A stretch of DNA of 64,000 nt, taken from assembly GCF_009914755.1 (NCBI RefSeq), contig NC_060944.1; one strand, 5' to 3'. Positions 1-14,139 of the stretch are shown here, piece after piece. Under the pieces are notes generated by a model. It searched no databases, had not been told where the DNA came from, and saw only the letters and a list, made by a program, of their open reading frames with translations. Made by a program: the position numbers and the translations under genes. The DNA is from the human T2T-CHM13v2.0 reference genome, Homo sapiens. The stretch's first letter is position 1. The number at the start of each line of letters is the position of its first letter.

Positions 1-9
1 GAATTGCAG

Positions 10-121
10 AGGATCTCATGAGCTCGAGGCTGCAGTGAGCCATGATCACACCACTGTACTCCAGCCTGGGTGACAGAGCAAGACTGTGTCTATAAATAAA
101 TTAACATAAAAATAAAAATAA
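10..121 (+). mobile_element. AluJ-type 3' fragment at window edge
   Basis: GAGGCTGCAGTGAGCCATGATCACACCACTGTACTCCAGCCTGGGTGACAGAGCAAGAC plus A-rich tail. Confidence 0.85.
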
Positions 122-122
122 A

Positions 123-445
<323 letters not shown>

Positions 446-497
446 TTAACAAATTCCCAGTGCCCATCCAGTACCATTACGTCAAAATCTCTGGGGA

Positions 498-850
498 GGG
501 CAACCAACTCATCCCCATTTGTCCAGGTCTGCCTGGGACTTTCCTAGTTTTAGCACTGAAAGTCCCTCATCTCAGGACACCCCTCAGACCTGGATATTCT
601 GGATCCAGCCATCAGAAGCTTTTAAAACTCCCCAGCGGGTTCCACCTGTGCAGTCCCGTTTGAGAAACTGTTCCTGGAGGGTTAGTTCATGCTGCCTGAA
701 TGTAAGAGTTGACTGGGGAGCTTTAAAAAGATATTGAATTTCCCCGGATCCCTTCTTCAGAGATTCTGACTTGCCTGGCCTGGAGCGGGGCCCAAGTATA
801 AGTAGATGATAACAGCCCTCAGGTGATTCTCATTACAGACAGGGTTAGAC
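498..850. mobile_element. Cluster of old hAT DNA transposon fragments (MER96-like ~498-590, MER5-like ~590-850)
   Basis: AGGGCAACCAACTCATCCC...GGGACTTTCCTAGTTTTAGCACTGAAAGTCCC resembles MER96; CAGAGATTCTGAC...CAGGTGATTCT resembles MER5. Confidence 0.55.
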
Positions 851-1801
851 CCTCGGACATAGGGAAAGAGCATCAAGTGGAAAGAAAAGTACCCACCAGA
901 TTATGGCCATGAAGAGAAGGAGGAGACTTCTAAAGGGTGGAGAGGTGGCCGGAGAAGCAAGAGGAAAGCAGGGGCCTTGGCCCTCGGCAGCCGAGGGGAG
1001 ATACTGCTGGAAAGTCATAATCAAGGCTTGCAAAATGTGCATTGGATTGAGCTGTACCAACATAGGGCGCAGAAGATAGGAGGGCTGCAGTGTGAAGGGA
1101 AGGCAAGCAAACCAAGAGCCAGAGGCTGCTCTTTCTGAAAGCCACATGGCGAGGAGGGAAGAGGGATGAGGCTGTCCCTGGAGGAGTCGTCTTATGTCCA
1201 CTTTTTTTTTTTCCTGCTTCTTTTCCTTTTCTCTTTGCTTGTTTATTTTTCGACGGCCACGCATTTCTTGTATTTTCAGGGGAAGAAAAAGTGTTAAAAA
1301 TGACTCTCTTGATAAGCTCCAAACATTTAAAAGTTGGTGAATCTACCAAGGCAACTTCATTATTTCTGTTGAAGAGCAGAGAGCAGAGGAATAATTCCAA
1401 CTGATTGGCACACACGACTGGTCGTAAGTCACATGTTACTCAGAGCCAGAGCCAGGAGTGAAATCTAGCATCCTGGAGCCACACGGCTCTCCTGCACGCC
1501 TCGCCTCCTCCCCAAAGGAGCTCTGAGGTTTGGACTGCAGGAGGTGGCCACTGCTGATGTCATGCTTATTTCGGAAACCAACGGTGGCCTATCTTAGTGC
1601 CAGAGGGGAAGGCTCTGGGTTCATTTGGCTGGGTTGCATAGGCATTATTCCATTAGCAATCACATCACTGGGGCCCAGAGAGTTAGGTGCAGCTGATGAA
1701 GAATGAGTTGTCCTTAAGATCTGATTGCTGATCATTTGACAGTGTGCCGTGCTTACTCCATTAAACCTCTTTTTATCCCCCACATGTTCTTTGTTTGCTA
1801 G

Positions 1802-2149
<348 letters not shown>

Positions 2150-3084
2150 TCTTTTTCTTAGAAGAGCAAATGCAGGGTTCTCCAAGCTGCCCTGTTTGTC
2201 TCAGAATAGATTATTAAGCTGGTTAGGGGTTTTACCTAAATGCATGCAACTGTACAACAGTTACCCACAGGGACTTTAAGTGTGGTTTTCTCGTTTTCCT
2301 TTTCTCTCCTCTTCTGTCTCCCCATCTTTCCTTATTTTCCTTTCCTTTATTTATAAAGAGGTCATGACAAAAGAGGACAATTGAGGCTAAAAGGGCAGGA
2401 TAAGAATGATTAACCTTTGAAGGGCTTTGCAAGCTATGTATATAGCAGCTAAGTGAGCCACCCGGTTCTGCAACCCTCTGGAATGGCTTTTCAAACACAC
2501 GTTGATAGTTCCCTGACTACCTGTATTCACCAATGTCCCTGAAGCAGTCCATGCTAATGATAAATCGCTGTTTCTCATGAACCTGTTGTCTGTCATCTAG
2601 GGACATTTTCGTGTTAAATATTTATTTGCATATTTAAAAAACCGCATAAGAGCCCATTAATTACCATGGCGCTCCTGAAGGATGATGCAGGGATGCTTCA
2701 TCAACGGGGCTGTTAACCCTGTCCACAAACAAATACGTACCCATCAGATTTACCTGTTTAACTTAAACTATAATTACTGGGCAATCAGACGGCTGACAAG
2801 TGTAGGTACTAATTATCCAAATGAGACTCCGGCTGCCCAGAGGTACCTAGTTATGTTTAGCTCCTTAACTGTTACTTCGTTTCATATTCACAATCAACGC
2901 AAGTAACTTGTGTCCAATGAACTGGTTTATCAAGTGCTTTTCTTACTCTTATTGTAAATATTGAGAAGTGCTACTTTCACACGTGAAGCAACACTTCAAT
3001 ATACATGGATTTTAGAATGAAGTCTAAACGATCTACTGGATTTCCTGGAAGAAAATACAGCGAGTGCTTCACTTAGAGATGGCG

Positions 3085-3103
3085 AGGCCAGCAGATGGCG
3101 GTG
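3085..3103 (+). promoter_or_regulatory. Predicted CTCF binding site
   Basis: AGGCCAGCAGATGGCGGTG matches core CCASYAGRKGGCR; lies in a locally CpG-retaining unique stretch. Confidence 0.7.
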
Positions 3104-3672
3104 TGGACCAGAAAATAAAAATCTCCCCTTCGCAGCGATCGGGCTTTTGGGGTAAGACAGGCCAGGTTTACTTACTAACCTTGAAGAGCTTTTGAATTTA
3201 AAGGCCTTTCAGTTGTCCATGCAGAAGGACTTCTGATAAGGGAATCAAGAGAGCCACGTCGTATGCTGGGTTCTTAGGTTTAGAAAGAGCCGCCCAGCGG
3301 AGCAGCGTGGTCGTCCTGCATTGCGCACGGGGTGAGAGACTGCAGTCACCCCGATGGCCTCTGAATTCCTAAACTTTGGACTTCGATGGCTCATGAGGAC
3401 TCAACCAGCTCATTCTAGTTTCTAGTTCTCCCCCTCGCTGACAACCTCGCTGTTTTTTTGCTATACTCCAGAGACTTATGGGAACTTTATTGTAACCCAG
3501 TGGGGGGAAAAATCTTCAATTTAAAGGCAGTTTACATTAATTTTTTTATGTTCATCTTGAAATCTTGGTTTCTAGATGGTTTAAATTAAAATGAGGGTCA
3601 TATGATTTTTAAAAACACATTCATCTTTGACTCCCTGTCCTTGGCAAAATGGCTACTTAGATGTAAGTAAAA

Positions 3673-3977
3673 GGCCAGGCTTGGTGGCTCATGCCTGTAA
3701 TCCCAGCACTTTGGGAGGCTGACACGGGCGGATCACCTGAGGTCAGGAGTTAGAGACCAGCCTGGCCAACATCGCGAGACCACATCTCTACAAAAATACA
3801 AAAATTAGCTGGGCGTGGTGGCGCATGCCTGTAATCCCGGGTACTCAGGAGGCTGAGGCAGGAGAATCACTTGAACCCAGGAGGCAGAGGTTGCAGTGAG
3901 CTAAGATGGTGCCACTGCACTCCAGACTGCGCGACAGAGCAAGACTCCATCTTAAAAAAAAAAAAAAAAAAAAAAAA
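3673..3977 (+). mobile_element. AluSx-like with TSD
   Basis: Full dimer with long A tail; TSD AGATGTAAGTAAAA at ~3659 and ~3983. Confidence 0.95.
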
Positions 3978-4393
3978 GAGAGAGATGTAAGTAAAAGACT
4001 ATTGAGTCCTTTCAGGAAATGTCATAAGAATCCCATTTTAACAGCCATTCTGGTAGAAAGGCATAAACATATAATGGAAATAAAAGTGAAATGATAAGTT
4101 GGACATATCATATCATCCAGACTATCAATGTTAATTATTGTCCCTTAGCTTCAATTCACTTTAACTGGGAATAATATATATGAAAATACAAAGTACAAAT
4201 TGTCTCCTCTCTTCTTCCTCTCTTAGGTCCATTTTCTGTTTCTTTCTCCCATTAACCCACTGAAAACAAGTAGTATTTAACCCAGGGTACTATAAATGTT
4301 ACAGTTTTCAGATACTGTTGTTAAACTTGTTTAGCTCATAATCTTGAGTAAATGATAGAGCTTGCTTTTCTACAGACTGTCTCCGCCCCTGGA

Positions 4394-4770
4394 TTAGTCA
4401 GATTCTCCAGATTGAAAAAAAAAAAAAAAACAAACAGAATAGGATGCATGTATACAGAGAGATTTATTTTAAGGAATTGGCTTAACATCTTCAGGGTAGG
4501 TCACCAAGCTGGAGACCCAGGGAAGAGTCAAAGACTGTCTGCTGGCTGAATCCTTCCTGGTTGGAGAACCAGTCTTTTTTTCTTAAGTCCTTTAACTGAT
4601 TGGATAAAGCCCACCCACATTTTGGAGGGTAATCTTTGTTACTCAAAGGCCACTGATCTAAATGTTAATCGAGTTTAAAAACACTTTCACAGAAATGTCT
4701 AGAATAGTGTTTAACCAAATACCTAGGTACCACGGCCCAGCCAAATTGACACATAAAATCAACCATCACA
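4394..4770 (-). mobile_element. MLT2-family (ERVL) solo LTR
   Basis: ACTGATTGGATAAAGCCCACCCACATTTTGGAGGGTAATCT and terminal CCAAATTGACACATAAAATCAACCATCACA typical of MLT2. Confidence 0.85.
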
Positions 4771-5181
4771 ACTCCTAACTTTTCTCTTGAAAACATTTCC
4801 TGGATGCACAGATAGAGCTTGGGATGGGCAGACCCTTTCCATATTCTCTCACTTGCAGGCAAGAAATGTTAACAGCACAGGACACTGGGCTGGGAGGTGG
4901 GGACCCGAGCATTGGTCCTCTGCTGCTGACACTAGTGTGGCATTGGGGGACAAGGCCTCCAGGCAGTGGTTTCCTCCTGCCTTGGTGTGAGATCTGGAGA
5001 GAGCTGGACATTCTCCTACACAGGGCCATGACCCACTGAATGTCATGATGATAGGACAGGGATGACACAGGTTATTAGTTGGTCCAGAAGGTTCCAACTA
5101 AGTCAGCTCCAGGAAGACAGGGGGAGATGGGAGTGGGGGCTTTGGGGATTGAGGTAGAACTCCTCATTGTGGGTTGGGAGC

Positions 5182-5600
5182 TGCTATAGTTTGGATGCTT
5201 GTTCCCCCCAAACCTCATGTTGACATTTGATCCAATGTTGGAGGTGGAGCTTAGTGGGAGGCATTTGGGTCATGGCAGCAGATCCCTCATGAATTAATGT
5301 CCTATCTGGAACCAAGTGAGTGAGTTCTCACTCTATTAGTTCCCATGAGAGCTGGTTGTTAGAAAGAGCCTGGCACCTCCTCCTCTGTCTATTACTTCCT
5401 CTCTGCCTGTGATCTCTGCATACTGACTCCCTTTCACCTTTTAACATGAGTGGAAGCAGCTTGGGGCCCTCACCAGAAGCAGATGTTGGCTCCATGCTTC
5501 TTGCACAGCCTGCAGAACCATGTGCCAAATAAATCTCTTTTCTTTATAAATTACTCAGCCTGCCTCAGGTATTCCTTTAAAGCAATACAAATGAACTAAG
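5182..5600 (+). mobile_element. MST-family (MSTB-like) MaLR solo LTR
   Basis: TGCTATAGTTTGGATG start; GAGTGAGTTCTCACTCTATTAGTTCCC; CAGCCTGCAGAACCATGTGCCAAATAAATCTCTTTTCTTTATAAATTAC. Confidence 0.85.
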
Positions 5601-5646
5601 GAGCAAGGGCCAGAGTCTGAACCAGAATTTGGGTTAGGTTCTGTCC

Positions 5647-5948
<302 letters not shown>

Positions 5949-5989
5949 ATCCTATCTTTTAAAGGACAAAGATTGCTATGGGTTGAGGC

Positions 5990-6494
5990 TCTGGTAAATT
6001 GCTTGCAAAAATGGTTGCAATTATTCCTTTCCCTGTATCCCTGCCTGTTTCAATGTAACTTTGCTGCTCCTCCCATTGAAAGGTAGAATCTACTTCCCCA
6101 CCCTTGAATCTGCCTGATCTTGTGACTTGCTGTGGTCAAGAGAATGTGGAGGAAGCAATGGTATGCTGAGCCTAGGTCTCAAGCGGTCATGCATGCCTCT
6201 TCTATCCCTCTTAAAACCCTATACAACCATCATGTGAATAAGCTTGGGGTGGCCTTCTGGAGAACAAGGGACATGTGGCCCAGGTACCCCTGTTGCCCTG
6301 GTCACCAGCGCCATCCAGCTGATGGTCAACTGAGTGCAGATGACTGAGCAAGTCTAGCTGAGACCCTGGGAACTACCCAGTTGAGCCAAATTGCCAGTCT
6401 GGAGAACAGTAAGTTAAATAAATGGTTATTTTTTTTAAGCCACAAGCTAAGTGTGATTTGTTGAGCAGCAAAACCAGAAAAAGGCTGAACTACA
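5990..6494 (+). mobile_element. MLT1-family MaLR LTR (F/G-like)
   Basis: CCCCACCCTTGAATCTG...TTGTGACTTGCT...TTTTAAGCCAC...GATTTGTTGAGCAGCAA. Confidence 0.7.
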
Positions 6495-7032
6495 GTTCTA
6501 GTGGGAGATTTCTTCATCTACAGCCTTGCTACTGGAAATAGCTCCAGTGAATGGATAGGCAGGCTGCCCCATACCACTAGCTACAGCTGAAATTTAATTG
6601 GCACAATTATATTCATATGCAAATGAGATAATGAAAATATTTTTCTTGCCCTTAATAGCATCTTTAATTATCTGGGAGCTCTCAGGATCAAAGAATGTGC
6701 AACATAAGGCCACAATTCTGTTTTTGTGGTCTAGTGATCCTTACATCATTGCATCCTCTTGGGAAATGCACTCTTGCTTGGAAATTTCCAGTAGACAACT
6801 CCTTGTTAACAACCCTTGTTAGAAGCCCTGTCTTAAGCTTCTTAAATGAATCTAATTCTCAACCCACCCCCAAGCCCAAAACATTCAGTTCTGCTTTAGG
6901 TCCCAGACCACACCCTATGGGAGGTGGGTATAATAAACTGTCTTAATAACCTAACTTCTGTCTTAAGTTACCCGTCAGATCTTGGCCCTAACGCCCCTTC
7001 AGTACTAGTTAGACTAACAAAAGTCCCTGTGT

Positions 7033-7553
7033 CAGGGGTCCTCAATCCCTGGTATCAGGGTTACTGGTCAGTGGCCTGTTAGGAACCAGGCTGCATAGCA
7101 GGAGGTGAGTGGCAGGAGAGCAAGGTCAGCTTCATCTGTATTTACAGCCACTCCCCCGGCTCACATTACCACCTGCGCTCCACCTCCCATCAGATCAGCA
7201 GTGGCATTAGATTCTCATAAGAACGGGAACTTTACTGTGAACTGCGCATGCCAGGGATGTAGGTCGTGCTCCTTGTGAGAATCTAATGCCTGATGATCCG
7301 TCACTGTTTCCCATCACCCACAGATGGGACCCTCTAGTTGCAGGAAAACAAGTTCAGGGCTCCCACTGATTCTACATTATGGTGAGTTGTATAATTATTT
7401 CATTACATATTACAATGTCATAATAGAAATAAAGTGCACAATAAATTTAATGCCCTTGAATCATCCTGAAACCATTCCCCTCCCACCTGGTTGGTGGAAA
7501 AAATTATCTCCTATGAAACTGGTCCCTGGTGCCAAAAAGGTTGGGGACCACTG
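7033..7553. mobile_element. MER1A (hAT-Charlie) DNA transposon
   Basis: CAGGGGTCCTCAA start, GGTGCCAAAAAGGTTGGGGACCACTG end (inverted termini); internal GCATTAGATTCTCATA and CTCCCACTGATTCTACATTATGGTGAGTTG. Confidence 0.9.
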
Positions 7554-8039
7554 CTCTAAGTGCTACATTCAAGGCACCTGTGTTTTCCCCAGCACAGGTC
7601 TCCTGTCTCACTGTCAACTCAGCCATGAGACTGGGCCTACATTCCAGTTTCATATTCAAGTCCTACTGGGTCTAGAGTCCAGTGCTGTCCACTTCCTAAC
7701 TGCCTGGAGTCCTGACAATGAACTCCACCCTCCAGGTGGCATCCTACTCTCCCTTCCCTCCTTCTTCAGGAATTAATGTTCTGGACATTATATCACTTCA
7801 CCACACTGAGGTCTGTGATGCACAAAGTGGAGAACAGCTCATTCAAATCACTCAATAAGGCTCTCAAAGCTCAGGGCACTTTATTTCCTCCCAGTAAATA
7901 AAAAGTGGATGGTGGTTTGGGCCAACAGGATAACACGCCACTTTCTGGTATTTCCATTGGAACGGTTTTGTAATACACGGAAAACTGTTCACATGAGATT
8001 ATCTGAGTTTTATGATGGTCCTATGAGATACATAGGATA

Positions 8040-8162
8040 TAGGACAGTTATCAATATTCTCCTTTTACAGGTGGGGAAACTGAGGATTGAGATCACATGA
8101 CTTATAAATGGTGGATCTGGGAACTGAACTCAGCTCTCCTGATTCCAAACCCTGTCTTTCTT
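8040..8162 (-). mobile_element. MIR fragment
   Basis: MIR core TTTTACAGGTGGGGAAACTGAGG. Confidence 0.65.
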
Positions 8163-8307
8163 GGAGTGAGAGAAGAATGCGAACTCCTGGCAGAGAGTCC
8201 ATAGTCCCAAACACTCATTTTTTCCCCTTCAAACCCAGCTGCTGAGATGGCCTGGTGAGGGAGGGGACACATTAGAGCACTGTTACCTCTGAATCAAACA
8301 AGTCTTA

Positions 8308-8505
<198 letters not shown>

Positions 8506-9711
8506 CTACCACTGTTGACGAAAATGTATCGCAATAAATGAAAAACCATGGCTGATGCTGCTACAAGTGTAAGAAGCGATAAAAGAGAGTCCTTCTGCTG
8601 GAGGAGCTTATGCTGCAGCTGGGGAGGGAAACATCGGCTCATTGGAAAGAGCCATGTAACTAGGTCAGGAGTATGTGGGTCTTCACCCCAGTTGCAGGTT
8701 GTTATCATATATTAGGGGAGGAGAGGGAAGGGTGAACTTGTCGGGGATGTTTCCTGGTGGAGCTGAGGCTTCAGAAGACTTTGGGGACATGTGTATGACA
8801 ACTTCCATTTCACATAAAATTTTACATACTAAAGAAATGATTTGGAAAAACAACCAAATCTCATTTCTATTTTATGACGGACAGCATCATTCCCCTTTCC
8901 TCTACCATTTTCTGGAATTTTCTTTCATATGCTTTAATTGGGCATTTTTGCTGTATCTATCTAAATTCATGTTCAGACATAGTACTTTTTCAGCTTCCCC
9001 CCGCCCCCATTCCAACTACCAAAAGAAACCATCATCCATAAATATTTGGGTCATTTTATGAAGTTAGCAGCAAGGTCTGGAGCATGAGGAACCCTCAGAC
9101 CCCCAGATTTTTGATGGGAAACTACAGTGCTCCAGAGAGGTTGGGCTGACTGGGTGGGGCCAGCCCACATCCTATTCCTCCTGGTCTCTAAGTGACACCC
9201 CTGCACACAGGCCCAGGGTGCTGTTCTCTACCTGGCCATGGCACTCTGGCCACTGACTTTGTCCTTGGCTGTCACTTTATTATTACAGTTACAGACCTCA
9301 AAAGATTCAACAGCACATAATTAAAAGCATACTCTATCAATATGAATGTTGCAATTTAGCAAGATTTTAGCCTTCTGCTTTCAGACATTTCTCCAACATG
9401 TGTTTGAACCAGGAATAATTCACCTTCACCTTTGTAGCTGAATAATTCAACTACAAAAATGTTCTTGTACTCTCTGATCTTGAGATGGAATGTGGGAGGC
9501 CTCTGGGGCAAACTTAGCCAAGCTTGGACTCACCTGTTTGAAAATGCCTGGACTTCCTCCTTTCCCTTGAACTGGGCTGCTCCCCTGGAGATGTCAGAAG
9601 GGGGAGCCACAGGACGGGTCCCCAGCTCAGTCCCGCTGGCTGCAGTCAGCTCAGACCTTTCTTCCCTCTCTCCCCACCCTCTCCACGTCCTGTTCTTTTA
9701 CCTACAAATGA

Positions 9712-10372
<661 letters not shown>

Positions 10373-11002
10373 TGTTCATCTGTTTTCACACAACTAAAGT
10401 TGCTCAGTTGTTGTGCTGGAAAGGACTTCCCTGCCCAAAATATACCAGCAAGACCATCATGCAACCGGAGCAGGCTGTGCCACAGACCCTGGCATGCAGA
10501 GGTGTTGTGTAAACACAGAAGGGATCTGGGCAAATGCATGCCTTCATTTATAACAGATAAAAAGAAAGAAGTGTGCCAGACAGTGAGGCACTGACGCTTC
10601 ACAGGAGGGTTCCGAGAGCTTTCCTCCCTGCCTGAAGTTCCTTCTCAACCCAAGTAGCCACCTTGTCCTCGTGTTTGTAGTTCCCCTCTCAATCCAAGCA
10701 CTATCCTTGGCCTGGGGGGGTCATCATCACCACCAGCAAGGGTCAGCACTGCAGGGTGACAATCCTGTGCCCTCCAAAGGCAGCTCCCTTAGACCAGGTT
10801 GACAGAGGCACTGCATTTTCCAACAGTCTAACAAAGAGAAGGACTTCTTCACTTCCAGCCTCGGGGGGATCCAAGACTCAGAGTCATGGAGTCCACAGCA
10901 CCTGCCCTGTGTGTCCCAGGCCCAGTCTCTAGGGAGAGGGCTGGGAACTTTATCAGATTATCAAATTAAAGCAGTGACAAACATAAAATGAGGAACCACT
11001 AT

Positions 11003-11156
11003 GGAAGGGGAGGGGTAGGGGAAGAGGGGGAGGTAGGAAAGGAGATGGGGAGAGGCAGGGAAAGGAGATGGGGAGAGGCAGGGAAAGGAGGAACAGAAGC
11101 AGAAAGGGAGAGGAAGAAGAAAAGGAGGAAGAATGAAAGAGAATAGGAAGAAGGAA
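11003..11156 (+). repeat. Purine-rich (GA) low-complexity tract with 23-bp tandem duplication
   Basis: GGAAAGGAGATGGGGAGAGGCAG repeated about 2.4 times (11036-11090) inside a near-pure G/A run. Confidence 0.85.
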
Positions 11157-11780
11157 TCACTTCTATACATGCAGGAAAACCACTGCCAGGGTTTGGCATA
11201 TTTTGTAGTTGGTTAAAAAGGTAACCTCAAACATCCTCTACCCACACTGGTAGCTTGTACCAGCATGTGGGCTCCCCATAAACAAGGAGGGTGCTTTCTG
11301 GGGAGCTTCTTGAAAGGGAGGTTGGGGTGGGAGCTTCTGTTTAATGACTTGGTGCCTTTGGAAAATTCTCCGATCTTTGTGGAGGTTCACAGTCATCCCA
11401 CCCCAGTAAGCTGCACAGAGAGCAGAAAGGGCATTTAGTTCATGTTTCCACAAAAGAAAACCGGGAGAAACAGATGCATGGTTTAGTTAGGGTGACTGAT
11501 GGTGGATAAGTTTGGCATCAGGTGGCCACTCTGGGCACTGGGCACTGGGCAGGTTGGTGGGCTCTAGTCAAGGAATAGGGCAGTGGATTCTGTGCAGATT
11601 CCCAGGCGAGGTGCTGGTGCCCTGCAGTGTGGCCTGTTTGCCCATAAGCTCTGCCAGGCAGGGACATGGTATTTAGCTGGTATCCCTTTTTTGTTTAAAT
11701 GTCCCAAACAATTTTCAAATCATTAGTCTCTAACCATCCAGAAATACTGTAGCATTTCACACCAGAATGTACATTTATAA

Positions 11781-12084
<304 letters not shown>

Positions 12085-12579
12085 TAAAATGTAAATTACC
12101 TTGACTGTTTGAGCCCCTGCTCCCTCGGGGGTGACATTCTTTGATATGTGGCAGCTGACAGATATACTCAACCACCTCCCCAGAGCTAGAGGAAGGAATG
12201 GCATGGGGTGGAAAAGCCCTCCTCCTCCTTCAGGGCTGGGCCCTCTCCCTGCTGTCCCCTGCTCTCCCCTGCAGGTTTGTCCTCTCTCCTCCACACTGCT
12301 GCTGTCTATATATCTGGCCAGAGTCACCTGGCTTTCTTCCTTCTTTCCAGATAGGCCACTGTCTTTTGATACAGGTGTCCCAATCACCTGTGTGCCTTGC
12401 CATGGACCCGAGCTTGCCATTTTCATGGTAAAAGTTGATGTGTAGATCTAAGGGATTATGTAGAACCTTTGCACCATCAGCGTCAGAAAATAGCTCAGAT
12501 TTACAGAAATGGATCGGTAAGCCAAACATCTTCTTGTAGAAGCTATTGATAGCTTTGTTTTTTCTATTTTGTACATATA

Positions 12580-12832
12580 TAGTCACCCATTGGTATATGT
12601 TGGGGATTGGCCAGGGCACACACATATACCCAAATCTGCACACCTTGAGTCCCACAGTCAGCCCTGCTGTGTTATACGAAAAATCTGTGTTATATGAAAA
12701 CTTGACCCTCCATATATAAGTGGGTTTCATATCCCTCGAATGCTGTATTTTCAATCCTTGTTTGGTTGAAAAAAAATCTGCATGTAAGTGTAACTGTGTA
12801 GTTCAAAGCTGTGTTATTCAAGGGTCAATGGA
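12580..12832 (+). mobile_element. MER8 (TcMar-Tigger MITE)
   Basis: GGGGATTGG...CCCACAGTCAGCCCTG...TTTGGTTGAAAAAAAATCTGCATGTAAGTG...TTCAAGGGTCAA; TA-rich flanks. Confidence 0.8.
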
Positions 12833-13380
12833 TATATATATACTTTTCTCCTAATTGAAGAAAAGTTTATTTTTAGTGGCTAGTTTCTATTTTGTGATGT
12901 GATATCATTTTAGTATTGCTTGCTACTTCTTTGAACATCATTAAATTGATTTAAAATATTTTCTTAATTTGCTTAACTAAGAAGTTGGAATTTAAAAAAT
13001 TTTATTAGGAGTGCCTCGTGTGCCTTTTGTAACATCTAGTTTGTCATGAAGCCAATTAGCTGTGTTATAGTCGAATGCCAGCAAAAGAATGCCAAGCTGT
13101 AAAAGGAGATCAGAAGCACATTTTGTGACCCATTTCTTGGTAGGTGGCATTGCTTGTTTGAAATTATACATCAGTGTTATTACACATAGCCAAGAGGGTT
13201 CTTAGAATGGATTATCTTACTGTTTTTTTTTTATCTAAGAATTTTATCTCCTGACACAGATGGATGCAGGGATGGGAGCCGGGGTAGCCTGGGAGATGGA
13301 ACCTGGCGGTCCAGGTGTTGAAGGGTCGAGATAGACCCAGGATGGCCAATGACAGGAAACCCATCTGGCTGTTTAAATAC

Positions 13381-13412
13381 GGTGCTAGGCAACTAGCAGT
13401 CACCCAGGCAAC
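13381..13412 (+). promoter_or_regulatory. Tandem RFX X-box-like motifs
   Basis: GGTGCTAGGCAAC (13381-13393) and GTCACCCAGGCAAC (13399-13412; fits GTNRCC-N2-RGYAAC). Confidence 0.45.
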
Positions 13413-13950
13413 CGATGGGGCTGGGGAAGTCCAGCAAGAGGTGACAGCGGGTCCTGATGACAGGACTGACTTGCCCTCGGAGGCAGGCCATGGAAGCAGG
13501 CACTATTCAGAGACGCAGGCAGGTGGCTGGCCTTGGGGACGTCTGTCAGCTGCAGGGATGGGACGCCAGGCCTTGGGAAGAGCAAGAGCAAGACAGCATT
13601 CCAGGACCAGGGCAACTGGAGCCCGTGGATGTTGTCAAGAAGGAGGTGGGCACTGGGGAAAGAGATGCAGGAGCGAGTAGGTGGTCCAGGATGCCAGGTC
13701 CGGCAGGATTCCAAGAGCAAGCAGACCCCGGGGCAGCTGAAGGGTCAAGAACTGTGGTGCTGTGAAGTGGTTCTCAGGACTTCTTAGGTTTCTCTCTCAG
13801 GAAGGCCTACCAAAGGGTCCTAGGTGTGAAAACAGCGGACCATGGAAGTGGGAACAGGACGGGATATTTTCAAGTTGGGAGTCCCTGGTTAGAAGTTATT
13901 GGATTGGAAACTATGGAGGGTTTTTCTTGGAAGGGATTGTTATTCCACAG

Positions 13951-14139
13951 TCTGTGTGTGTGCCCGGGGTGTGTGTGCAAGTGAGAGTGTGTGTACAGGC
14001 ATGTGAGTATACACAGGCCAATGTGCAGGGTTGTGAGTGTGTAGAGTTGTAAGTGTGTCCATATGTGAGTGTGTACGGAGTTGTGAGCATGTGCTGGTGT
14101 GTGAGTGTGTGCAGGTATGTGATTGTACATATACATGTG
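13951..14139 (+). repeat. TG-rich low-complexity / degenerate (TG)n
   Basis: Interrupted GTGTGT runs throughout. Confidence 0.85.

Noticed and set aside
7324-7776. 150-aa ATG ORF
   Set aside because: Starts inside MER1A, a non-autonomous element; no transposase similarity seen
13315-13787. Overlapping ORFs in a GC-rich block
   Set aside because: Open in several frames on both strands because of GC content; no recognisable homology or convincing exon boundaries
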